A stretch of DNA of 57,799 bases, the filler included, from Sphacelaria rigidula (Eukaryota), in assembly GCA_964200075.2 (NCBI GenBank). It is 7 parts of 7 records of this genome, joined end to end, with 100 filler letters (N's around TTAATTAATTAA, not from the genome) between each part and the next. Parts side by side here need not be neighbours in the genome. Positions count along the whole stretch, not along the records: positions 1 to 8,172 come from CAXNAA020012037.1; positions 8,273 to 16,444 come from CAXNAA020012038.1; 5 more parts are not named here. The stretch is one strand, 5' to 3'. The notes below the pieces were generated by a model. It had not been told where the DNA came from. It made no database searches and saw only the letters and a list, made by a program, of their open reading frames with translations. The translations under genes and the position numbers were made by a program. Numbering within the stretch: the stretch's first letter is position 1; every line of letters starts with the position of its first letter. This document shows positions 1 through 10,639 of the stretch, piece by piece.

Positions 1-349
1 TTCGACCCGAAGCCTACTGGTTATCTTGCATTTGGATGACAGCTTACAATGAGTTGCTTTATTTTCTGGTATAGCCACTTCAAGAGACAGCCACGGCTTA
101 TACACTGCCTCAAGGGTGCCTCACCATTTAAACACTACGTAGTACGATCATCTTCATTGTGCGGAGTTGAGGTTCTCCCACGCCGCACAACATAATCTAG
201 CTCGATCACCATCATGGTTACCGCAAAAAAAAATGCAAGCGCGAAAGAAAAAATCGGTGACCTGGTTGCCTAGCTTACGCAGTGAGTGGCGTGTTGTACA
301 GCGCCATCACGAACCGACGCCAACCCCATCGGGGATCGCACAACCGGGG

Positions 350-1240
350 GGGAAATATGTACCCATGATTCATTCCGCATAAACTTGACGGGAGGAATAT
401 ATACTCACAATTCATCCCGCATGAACTAAAGGATACGAAGCATGTGTCAATGACTCATCCCGCATGAGCGCAAGGGTGGCTGATATGTACATATGATTCA
501 TCCCGCATGAACTAAACGGGATACATGTGTACCCATGATTCATGCCATATGAACGCAAGGTGGGAAACATGTATCCATGATTCATGGATTCATGATGAAA
601 AGGAGGGAATACGTACCCTTGATTCATGCCGGATGACGGGAAGGTGAGAAACGCGTACACATGATTCATGTCGTATGAAGGCAAGGTGGAAACCACGTGC
701 CCATGATTCATGATTCATGAATCGCGGGTGGAAAGCGGGAACAAATCGCCGCCCTCTTCGGGACCGTACGATTTGTTTCATGTGTGAACCAAGAAGTCAC
801 TACACACATGGTGGATGTTCCAAAAGCACACCTCAAAATACACAACTTGATGTACGATACTAGTTTGCGTATCCCCCCCCCTTTCCCCGCGAATACTTCC
901 GGGTGTCATCCACACCGAAATACCCCAGGGCAGATGTACATGTGATTCATGCCGAATAAACTAAGCGTTGGGCGACATGTACACATGATTCGTCCCGCAT
1001 AAACTCAAGGGCGGGCAGATATATGATAGACGATTCATGCCGAATGAACTAAGCGGGGAGCGACATGTACACATGATTCGTCTCACATGAACTCAAGGGC
1101 GGGTAGATGTACATGCGACTCATGCCGAATGAACTAAGCGTTGGGCGACATGCACACATGATTCGTCCCACATGAACTACAAGGAGATAATTGCGTGCCC
1201 ATGAATTACCCCGCATGAAGGGAAGGTAAGAAACATGTAC
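350..1240 (+). repeat. Degenerate ~42-43 bp minisatellite in two blocks (~350-720, 9 units; ~930-1240, 7 units with alternating A/B ~86 bp dimer)
   Basis: Core CATGATTCATCCCGCATGAACT recurs at ~364, 407, 449, 492, 534, 576, 618, 660, 702 and ~941, 984, 1030, 1072, 1114, 1157, 1200. Confidence 0.9.
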
Positions 1241-1470
1241 CTCCCACGGTGTGCGGCACGAATCACGAACTCAAAACATTTACAAATCACAAATAATGTA
1301 CGAATCGTATGATTTATTCGTTCAAATGATAAACACGAGTTGAATCACGATTTGATTTGTCCGAACCGTGATATGTACCCACGGACAACGGCCAAGAATA
1401 ATAGAACTTACGGCGCTACACTCATCTCACATACAAGTGCACGTATCGCTCTATGTGTGTGTGCGACCAG

Positions 1471-1833
1471 GTTAGCATGCGACACCTGGAGAGGGTGTTC
1501 AACGCAGAGGCAGTTGCTCGATGCATCATCAACCACAACAACAGCAGCAACAACGACGACCAGACTGCTGCTGCAACCGTGGGTACTACTCCAGTCGAGG
1601 AAGATGTCGCCATACCGGTCGAAACCCTTGAGGCCCTTCGCGAGGGCTGGGTGACTGCTGCTGGCTCTGCGGCAAGGGGTAGTGGAGGCGGTCATGGGTA
1701 TGGATGTGGTCGCGCTGGTGTCGGTCTTGGAGGTAGCAGTCGTCGTCCTCGCGATGGCAACGCCGACGACAGCAATACCCATCCCGTCAATGACGGCACC
1801 GTGACGCTCAGCAACTTTGAAGTGTATCACCAA
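1471..1833 (+). CDS. Penultimate exon of a calcyphosin-like EF-hand protein (5' exons outside scaffold)
   Basis: Acceptor ACCAG| and donor CAA|GTGAGT, phase 0/0; encodes VSMRHLERVFNAEA...NDGTVTLSNFEVYHQ, resembling the calcyphosin C-terminal EF-hand region with a low-complexity insert. Confidence 0.75.
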
Positions 1834-1905
1834 GTGAGTAACAACACGACACGAGACGCCAACCTTAGGGGAAGGTCAACTAATTAACCAATTACTCAAT
1901 CAAGA

Positions 1906-2162
1906 GAGCAATGCTACGGTAGGGGTGCACTTAGTTCGCGAAATCATGTCTAGTTCAGGGGCTCCTCACGATCCAAGATGCACAAAAATATGGGTCAGGA
2001 CATCCCCATTTGCAAATTCATTCGGGATATCCCCAGCACATTGAAGTAGTAATCCTGGCATACTTTTACATATTTTCATAGATCACGTTTTGCATGAGAT
2101 AAAGGACTCCTAACAATTCTAATCTCAAAAAACATTCGTGCACCCCTACCGTAGCATCACTC
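1906..2162 (+). mobile_element. Sola2-like MITE, family A copy 1
   Basis: TIR GAGCAATGCTACGGTAGGGGTGCAC / GTGCACCCCTACCGTAGCATCACTC; 4-bp TSD AAGA. Confidence 0.85.
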
Positions 2163-2646
2163 AAGACCAGTACCCGTGTTTGAAGTCAAAACATTATACT
2201 TGTAGGGAAAATAAACCACTACAAAAAAACATCTTTCCGCGGATATACACAGTTATTTCGGTCGATGACAACAACCAATTAAATTTTCGGGAAACGTCCG
2301 TATGATGCTTTTCCCTACACTCTGTGTTGTAGGGAGTTTCGGAAGCGTTTTCTTTTTCCGTCAGTGTTTTTTTTTTTTCGTCGGCGTTGACAGTGCTTCT
2401 GGAAGATCGAAATACTTTTCTCAGCTTTTTGAGCTTCGCACAAGTTATTCTGTGAAAACGAAAAATATTCGAAAATCCGCGGTTCATCAGATGAACCATA
2501 ATAAAAACAAAGGATCTTGGAAGATGAGGTTGGACACTCAAATGGGGTTCAACCGACTTTCCGAAAAGTCACACGTTACGTGAAACAGTTGCGCAAAAAT
2601 AGTCAACTAAGGGCTGCATTTGTCTGTTGAAATTTCCCCCCTAGCT

Positions 2647-2873
2647 GAGCAATGCTACGGTAGGGGTGCACTTCTTTCGCGAAATTTTGTCTGGTTCAGG
2701 GGCTCCTAACNNNNNNNNNNAGCATCTCCGTTTGCAGATTTATTCGGGATATCCCCAGCACATTGGAATAGTAATCCTGGCGTACTCTCGCATATTTTTA
2801 TAAGTCGTGTTTTGGATGAGATTACAATTCTAGTCTCAAAAATTATTTCTGTACCCCTACCGTAGCATCACTC
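2647..2873 (+). mobile_element. Sola2-like MITE, family A copy 2 (10-N gap inside)
   Basis: Same TIRs and body as 1906-2162; 4-bp TSD AGCT. Confidence 0.85.
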
Positions 2874-3312
2874 AGCTTGCCTTGTCTCGCATCGTTACCC
2901 CGGTGTCTGAAGCCATATGTATCTCTTTTCGCACGTTCCAGACAGCTGTCAGTAGGTGAGAGAAGGAGCTTTCGTTGGCTTGCCTCGGGTTTTATCAAAA
3001 ATGGTTCCGGAGTTTTTTCGAGCTCTCTCAAAATGATTACATAGAGAGGGAACACTTTTTCATGAAAAGTAAAGTGCCGCCGTTGGTGTTTCGGAAAATA
3101 ATTCCCGTCGCTGGAAACGTTTTGTAGATATAAAAATAGAGAATTTTCATAAGTGGGAACTCCCTGCCCCTTGCGAAATTTTCCCAGGACTCGACAAAGA
3201 CTTCGGCACCATTTTCTACCCAGATGAGGGAATCCAATGAAAAACGGCTTCCCTCACCTGGTGGTGGGAGTCGTTTCGAATACACGAAAGAATATGTATA
3301 TAAAATATATGG

Positions 3313-3622
3313 CACTTTCTACGGTAGCCCCCCCCCCAAAAAACCAGCAGTGCTCCGTCTCGAAAGGGATGCGTGGTCAATGGTCAAACGACTAAGGCGA
3401 GCAACAAATGAGTACGCCTCCCCCCCCGCCCCCCCCAAAAAACAGCCCAAAAGTGTCACGAAAAAAATGGTTATACAGCGCCTGATGTTTGATTTGAGGC
3501 TGCATGAAGTGCCTCATATGAGGGACATCGGCGAAAATGAAGCCAAGCGTGGGAATTCCCAGTTGCTCGTGGTGCTCAGTTTTTTTCACTTCGATTTACA
3601 CGTAAATTTTGCCTCCCCAAAC
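3313..3622 (+). mobile_element. CAC-terminated MITE (TIR CACTTTCTACGATAGCCCCC) interrupted by a retroelement 3' fragment
   Basis: 3440-3620 is the reverse complement of 41465-41650; the same terminus recurs at 41417-41672 and 57745-57799. Confidence 0.7.
3350..3436 (+). mobile_element. 5'-truncated non-LTR retroelement 3' end, subfamily 1 (also 8108-8170 +, 16370-16444 -)
   Basis: GTGCTCCGTCTCGAAAGGGATGCGTGGTCAATGGTCAAACGACTAAGGC(A/G)AGCAACAAATGAGTACGCC followed by a C-rich tract; flanked by duplicated CC-AAAAAA-(C)CAGC. Confidence 0.7.
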
Positions 3623-5029
3623 CGGAGCAACAATGCCCGACAAGGCAAGCAAGGGAAAGTTCCAACAGAGACAAAAAATCCTCCGATGGTTGTTTTTGCA
3701 GAACCGTCACGGGGAAAACGTGTATTTTCGGGAGGCGATTTCAACCCCGTTTGAGTGCCCAACCTCTTTTTTCAGGATCTTTTGTTTAATTCTTTTCACG
3801 TTTCCATGAATATCTTGATTCCTGTGTGCGGCGACTGTATCGCGTGTATTGTTGAGACTTCCATCAACCGTAATATCCCCTCTGGGTGAAGAGTAATCGA
3901 GCCTCCACACCGTAGTGTCATGAGGTTGGAAGGGGTTTATCGCCACGCCCTTCGCGGACCCGTGGATTTGGCAATTGACATGTAACTTTGTAAGGATTTT
4001 AGGTCTGATCAGGCTTGACCAGCAGGCGAGTGTGATGTACGCTATGTTGGGCCAGCGGCCCCACGTAGCTCACGTACCCTCACGCGAAGAAATTGCTGGA
4101 AGCCGCTCAACCCGTTGAGACGAGTGAAAGAGCACTGAACGAGCGATACGGAAAAAGAGCGGACGGGAACCCTGTTAATCAAGAAGAAACTTGACCTACC
4201 TACACTGCGTGCGTAAGGAGGACATTATTACGAAGGGCGCTGTCCAGCTATCAAATATACGTGCTAGCTACGAGTTACAGCTGGGTTGACCTGTGTCGAT
4301 CCGAACGTATTTGGCTAGTGGCCACAGCGCTAGGTGACACCTTTCACAGTATTTTCCGTGGGTGGATCGTATACATACTTACTGTGTATTTCTACTACGG
4401 TACGACATTGTGGAACTTTGCGTTTGCGCTTGAATTGTTGTCGATTCGCTGATTGAACGATTGACGGACGGTCGCACATTATTACTAATTTGTCCGCTTC
4501 GAATGCAGCTACGGTCCCAAAGTGGACGTATATGCATACATATATACATACATATATATATATATATGCACCCCACAAGGTGAGGTAACAGAACCGGAAA
4601 CGGCCGTTCAAAAGGAAACTCGAGAAACGAGGAGATACGAACAATAGATAATCAGAAAAAGAAAAAGAGATAATAACAAACAAATTAAATTGGAAGCTGG
4701 AGAGAAAGAAATAGGAGGAAAAGAGAGAGAAGAACGGAACGAATACACGTAGAGGTGAAAGCAATACAAACCCAGGGCTAAGGTCTACTATCGGTCTCGA
4801 AAGAGTGATGACACGATAGTCCCGCCCTGCCGCCCCCCCCCCCCCCCCCCCCAAACCACACAAAACAAGACACGCAAAACAACCCAACCAACAACAAANN
4901 NNNNNNNNGTCACCAACAGGGAGTAACAGAGTAGTCCCCCCCCCCCCCCCCCCCCCCCCAATAAAAAAAAAGGTCAAACACCTGTTGTCATTAACTGGCC
5001 ATACAGCGCATCGAGATGATGGGCGGTTT

Positions 5030-5245
5030 TTGCAACCATGAAGAATGCAAGCGAATGGCATCAGAAAACAGGTCTTAAAAATCACTATGAATAACCTAGA
5101 TATCGCTGCGGTTTCAGGAGCCAGGTCTTGAAAATTACTATCATATGAAGAGTGCAGATAATATGGCTGATTTCAGAAAACAGGTCTTGAAACCTACCAT
5201 GAAGAACGCAGATATTGCCGGTTTCGAAAAAACAGGCTGAAACAC
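5030..5245 (+). repeat. Degenerate tandem repeat, ~50-58 bp x 4
   Basis: GAAAACAGGTCTT(G/A)AAA...ATGAAGA.GCAGATA...GTTTC recurs four times. Confidence 0.7.
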
Positions 5246-5632
5246 CTCACATATAGATTTTGTAGAGCTCGGAAATGGTTTGTCTAACCATTAACCATTT
5301 GAATGGTCACGCGTAGCTATATGAGGCCCACACTAGTTGGGCAGGCACTCTCACTGAAGCGCTCTGCGGGAGAGGCACAAACGCTACTACGGCATTGTAG
5401 AGAAAGCATACAAAACAAAAAAAATGAGGACGGTAAGAAAGTTGTGCCTTATTGCCATCGTTGTTGTTAACTCTTGAATCCTTGCCATTGTACCTTACTT
5501 TGCTGTTGTACCTTATTGATGATGTACCTTATATTGTTCACTATAACTCTATTTAGAGTGTTGCCGTACCTTGTAATTTGTGCGTCTTTCATTGTTCGTT
5601 GTTGCGACTGCTCGCGTGTTTCCACGTGACAG

Positions 5633-5713
5633 GATTTACTGGTGGACGAGAAGCACGAGGAATTATTCCAAGAGATCGTCCAGTCGGAATGGAACATGGC
5701 CATTACGCAGTAG
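5633..5713 (+). CDS. Terminal exon of the calcyphosin-like protein
   Basis: Pyrimidine-rich tract then GACAG|, phase 0 matching exon 1471-1833; encodes DLLVDEKHEELFQEIVQSEWNMAITQ*, matching the calcyphosin ending D..F..++...W. Confidence 0.75.
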   Translation, partial: DLLVDEKHEELFQEIVQSEWNMAITQ

Positions 5714-5805
5714 TTTTTTTTCCTATCGTATTGTCTAAAGAGTCTCACAGGCGGTACTACTATAACAGGGGATAGTCATCGGGTGCCAGAACAGGTTTGA
5801 TAAGG

Positions 5806-6139
5806 CCGCTGCGACCCGGTGGTGTAATGGTCTGACTATCACCATTAGTGTGGAGAGAACGAGGGTTCGATTCCCGACGCGTTGGGTTTTTTCGTCGTAA
5901 TACTTCGAAGTATATGGTTTCCACCGTGGAAAGCTTGAGAACATGAGTAAACAAAGTAGTCGACTGGATTTGTGTGACGTGAGTTGACGCGGTGCGAAAG
6001 TGCTGACCCAATCCGCGAGACCAGAATGGAAGGCGCGTACCGGGGGAGAGATGGATTATTCCCTTGTGACCACGGACTCATCCCGAGCAAGGGGAGGGGT
6101 TCAAAGTGCGGGGAAAATTATATATATATATATATATAT
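5806..6139 (+). mobile_element. tRNA-derived SINE
   Basis: Pol III A-box TGGTGTAATGG (5820-5830) and B-box GGTTCGATTCC (5864-5874), non-tRNA body, (TA)n tail; homologous copy at 42003-42328 and 3' fragment at ~48965-49045. Confidence 0.8.
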
Positions 6140-6239
6140 GATCCATCGATATCACGTACAATAGTAGAATATCGGTGGCGAATCAGGAATATCGCACTCG
6201 GCATTTATATCGTGTCTGATCCACCAATAAAGCACCATA

Positions 6240-6630
6240 TATGTGATTGTCGCGCTTTAACTGACCCCCCAGGGGTCCAGTCGTGGTCTCATGACAGACG
6301 TAATGACGAAAAACGAAATTCAAACACGCTCTACTGAAAAAAAAAATTAAAAAAAGGAACAGAAGAAAACGGAACAAAAAAGAATAAAAATAGAGGAGAG
6401 AAAGAGGGGACAAACAGATCGACATGGCAGACTAAGTCGTGATAAACAAAAAAGTAATAAAAAGTCAACACAAGCAAAGCACAGAAAGAAATGGCCGACC
6501 TAAAACAAGAAAAAGGAAAACAAGAGGAAAGTACAGAGCAGGAAAAAAAAAAACAAGGAGACGATGGGAAAAAAAGAAAGAAAACAAAAGAAAACAAAAC
6601 AAAATAAAAAGGGAAAGAAAAGGAAATAAT
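6240..6630 (-). mobile_element. Retroelement 3' end with T-rich UTR (family with (CAAT)n tail; also 7634-8010 -, 16545-16740 +)
   Basis: Shared AGAGCGTGTTTGAATTTCGTTTTTC...CTGGACCCCTGGGGG.TCAGTTAAAG.GCGACAATC with 16590-16730; the 7634-7689 copy ends in (CAAT)n on its sense strand. Confidence 0.6.
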
Positions 6631-6841
6631 ATATATATCATGTAAATACGTGATACGGGACTCACGTGATTGGCTAGTAGGGGAACACGCCGGCGGTGCG
6701 AGCTGTTTCGTGCCTACCATATCATGTCACTTCCAGAACAAGCGAAGCCGTTGCGGCGCGGTAACCGTGATGTGCGAAGGGCGAAATGCCACAATGACGT
6801 TGCCGACGGCACGCTTGCACCAGGTGGGACGGTCAAAATAA

Positions 6842-7092
6842 CAATGCTACGGTAAGGGTGCACTTTTTGCGCAAAATCGTGCCTGGCTCAGGTGCTCCCA
6901 ACAATTCTCGATGCACAAGAATATGGGTCAGGGCATCCCCATTTGCAAATTCATTCGGGATATTCCTTGAACATTGGAATAGTGATCCTGGCGTACTCTC
7001 ACATATTCCATAGGTTGTGTTTTGGATTAAATAAAGGGCTCCTAACAATTATCACCTCACATAATTTGCGCACCCCTACCGTAGCATCACGC
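6842..7092 (+). mobile_element. Sola2-like MITE, family A copy 3 (eroded termini)
   Basis: CAATGCTACGGTAAGGGTGCAC...GCACCCCTACCGTAGCATCAC with the same internal body. Confidence 0.8.
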
Positions 7093-7631
7093 AGAAGCAA
7101 AAAAGGTGGGAAAGAGGATTGGCTGAAACGTTGCCATCATGGTTACTGCCGTACTACAGTGACTGGGCCAGCAGACTGGTAAGCTCGAAGAAGGAACCAA
7201 AGACACGCCATGGATCAAGCAAAGTCTGACTTTTTGTTGATGTGTAATCCGAAAAACTCGAGCTCTTTTTCGGGTACGGGTAGAATCACCAAAAGGCAGC
7301 ATATACCGGTGAGGTGAGAAACATCGGTTCTTGGAAAGGGGGGGAAAGTTCGATTAGCGTCTGAGACCACAGGAAGAAGAAACGCATCTGGTATCCTGCG
7401 ACAACTAACTACCCTCCGATCGTGTTTGCTGGGACCCATCCTCTTCGTGAAAAGCCGTGTCAGCGATCGACCAAATTTCTCCAGGTTCGTATCTACCTAA
7501 ATACAGGGTTTCGGGTACAAGCGTCCACAGGAGGGGGGGGGGGGGAAGTTCGCACTATTGTAGATCAGGAAAGCTCATCACGATGAGGACACAAAAACGA
7601 TTCTGATACGGTCTACTCAGCTACAGATTTC

Positions 7632-7633
<2 letters not shown>

Positions 7634-7689
<56 letters not shown>
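7634..7689. repeat. (GATT)n microsatellite, probable retroelement tail
   Basis: Seen directly. Confidence 0.95.
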
Positions 7690-8172
7690 CGGTCATCACA
7701 CATTACGAACTGATCCCCTACGAGTCATGATCCAGTCGTGGTGACAAGCGATACGTATCCTCAACGTACACAAGGCGGAAACACTCGCAGAAGTAAACTC
7801 GACAGAGCACGACAGAGGGGGAAGAAAGCAACGAAAAATGAATAGGGAGAAAGGAGGGAACAAACGGAGGAAACTGAACCAAAACGGAAGACGAACACAA
7901 TAGGTAGGGAAAATGGGATGCAGAAAGGGAATAAAATAGGAGAGAAAAGAAGAAACCGAAGAGTCGGCCCCGATGAAGTGAAAAAGGAAAGCAACAAGAA
8001 AAGGGAAACACTCACAAAAGTTAGTTTTGTTTCTTGTTTTTGTATTGATTTTTTCCACACCCATGGGCCAGGGGAAGTACGTGGTTCGCACGCAACTCTG
8101 CCCCCCCGTGCTCCGTCTCGAAAGGGATGCGTGGTCAATGGTCAAACGACTAAGGCAAGCAACAAATGAGAA

Positions 8173-8272
8173 NNNNNNNNNNNNNNNNNNNNNNNNNNNN
8201 NNNNNNNNNNNNNNNNTTAATTAATTAANNNNNNNNNNNNNNNNNNNNNNNNNNNNNNNNNNNNNNNNNNNN
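8173..8272. other. Artificial scaffold linker (44 N + TTAATTAATTAA + 44 N); identical linkers at 16445-16544, 24717-24816, 32988-33087, 41259-41358, 49530-49629
   Basis: Six identical 100-nt linkers with a stop codon in all frames; intervening segments are 8172, 8172, 8172, 8171, 8171, 8171 and 8170 nt, i.e. size-sorted unrelated scaffolds. Confidence 0.97.
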
Positions 8273-10102
8273 CCACATATCCCGAAAAGGGTAGACTGGC
8301 GCCCAGAATATATGGGACGACAACACACACACAACACACACAGTGTAATAGCAAAAAATAAATGCAGCCTGGGATTAGCAGCGCCGACGAAACTCGTCGG
8401 GTTAGTATGACTGAATATGTCACATGAACATGAAATCTAAACAAGGACACCCCGAGTACGCTGTCCTCAGCACATGCGTGTAGCATGTTTGTTCATGTGG
8501 TCATTTGCGGCGCTACTCAACACTTTTAATCAATCACTCGTCACACGTTTTACCGACAGGAATCCCCTCGAAACCCATGTAATCCAACAGCAGTCCCCGG
8601 CAACTTGAATATAACAACCTTATGCTACAGTATCTGACAGCCAGTGAAAATGCGCGATGCGAAGTGTAAAAGAAGGACTGGTTCGTTCAAGCCCTTCCCT
8701 GCTATCAACATCCCACACATAATCTCCCTATTCATTGTTATCATATGCCCCCGCATTCGCGCACGAGGGATGAGACCGCCACGCCCCATCGTGTACGCAA
8801 ACCCCTCGCCTCCACCCCTTACCGATTACAGCACAGCACCCGACTTGGCACCGCTCCACCGCATATATATGCACACCAGGGCCATGAAATGATAACAAGC
8901 TACTCCATACACGTGACAAGAAAAAAATAAACAAAGCAAAAAAAACGCACCAAAAAAAAAAGTAAAAGACAGCAACAACCCCCTTCACCACGGTACACAA
9001 AACACATGAATGAAGCCAATCACAGGTATACGCCTGAGTGACGCAAGAAATGCGTCGGCGCGAATCAGTCTCCAGCCCATGGTGACCCCGTCGCAGCTTT
9101 TCATGTCAAAGAAACTACTTGTAACCAGGAAACCTCCCACAGTATACTAAATCCTGCTCCATGTTCCCTTCCCTTGTACTGAGGTCAAGTTTCCATAAAA
9201 GATCTAAGTCTGGAGTTACACAGACAGGGCGAGCAAGAATTTCTCCAACATGAGCTACGGCAGGTGGTCCTTTATTGTACGTGGAACACTACTCGTGTCC
9301 CAGCACCTGCCTCCGCGGCTCGTAAGTGAAGTGAAGTCCACGAGGTGGAGCAACCCACGTTCAACTCTCGTTACAAGCGCCAACAGTTTCCAGTATTCTT
9401 CTACATGCTACATGGACCCCCGCCCTTAGTTTCAGCAATGTAGCACGATCCGAGGTTGGCGAAAGTGGAGAGACCAAGTTCGACTGCTTGTGTGAAGACA
9501 TGCTTCGGTGCTACAGTGCTACAGTGCTACAGGATGACGGCCGCAGCTACACGAGAGAGGGAAGAAACTGGACGCGTACACAGCAAGCACGACATGCTTC
9601 GTTTCAACGCGAAAAAGGACACAAAAATATACAACGTGCACTGAGAAACGTTTGGGCATGTCATCACACATTCACCACGAATTTCAGCTGATAATCGGCC
9701 ATGGACAACAGAAATTGAGGCACGCCCATCTTTCACGCGTTCCCGCATGCGAAGCATGGCGCATCATATATATTCACACGCGTCTTCTCGGGCATTTCTT
9801 GGGGGGGATAGGGGGGATAAAACTCCGTTCAAAAGAGTGGGCGCTGTTCTCCCAGGCATCGCACAACTGCAGCGCACTCGCTCGACGCAATTCCACGACA
9901 TGTAATGACCAAAAACAAACGCCAAACCCCGAAACCTGACCAAGTATGGTCCATATTTCAGACGGCACACGTGACCAAACATGACCAAATGCAATTTTGC
10001 AATTCTCACCATGATCATAACCCCGAGGAAATAAAACTCAACAATATACGACACACCAAGGAGGCTCTGCATCATGCCTCACGTCTCACGCCAGACCCAC
10101 AC

Positions 10103-10179
10103 CTTCCAATAGGGGGGCAACCCACGGGCAAGAAGACCATGCAGAGGACGGCTCGACACGAAGCAACCTAACTCAACGT
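10103..10179 (-). CDS. Probable exon of an unknown protein (scaffold 2 minus-strand gene)
   Basis: CGCAG| phase 1 (alternative acceptor TTAG| at 10167), donor AAG|GTGTGG; encodes DVELGCFVSSRPLHGLLARGLPPYWK; phase-compatible with 15104-15200. Confidence 0.5.
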
Positions 10180-10240
10180 CTGCGCCGTACGTGAGGTAAA
10201 AGATAGACGGTTCGACCCTACCCAATTGTATCCCCGCCCT

Positions 10241-10241
10241 C

Positions 10242-10275
<34 letters not shown>
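10241..10275. repeat. (CAA)n microsatellite
   Basis: Seen directly. Confidence 0.95.
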
Positions 10276-10639
10276 GCATGTATCAAGTGTCGGAGTTAAA
10301 TATATTGTCCATTCACCGATACTCGAAAGCACGCCGTGCTGCACCAGTCATTGGCTGAGCAATGCAGAGATGAGCAGTCAGACCGCAAAGTCTACATCTC
10401 CACGGTTTGCCATGTTCGGCCAAAGCCCCACACCAAAGTGCGCGCTTCACAGCAGTTCGTGTCACGATTTCATCACAACGGGACGCCAAATGAGAGTCGC
10501 CGTTGCACGCAGTACCGTGCTACAGTGATACAGTGCCCTACATACAAGGACTAGTGTAGCCATGTGTAGTCATGCCACGACGCTGAAAAGCGTGTTGGAT
10601 CCCAACCGCAGACTGTAGAGGTGGTGTCCCTTGGGCTGG

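Noticed and set aside
350-1240. CRISPR-like array (palindromic repeat plus short spacers)
   Set aside because: The spacers resemble each other, the repeats are degenerate, there are no cas genes, and the context is a eukaryotic intron.
4330-5085. Phe-rich or Lys/Arg-rich ORFs here and at 6183-6720, 7696-8169, 45824-46207
   Set aside because: Artefacts of purine/pyrimidine-biased repeat tracts.
5811-5885. Functional tRNA gene
   Set aside because: It has A and B boxes but no convincing cloverleaf, and homology extends ~250 bp to a TA tail in other copies, which indicates a SINE.
8381-8400. Hammerhead ribozyme (GACGAAAC)
   Set aside because: No CTGANGA box at a suitable distance upstream.
9200-9700. 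Second MULE/SWIM relic (FDCLCEDM)
   Set aside because: A single weak motif, too degraded to support.
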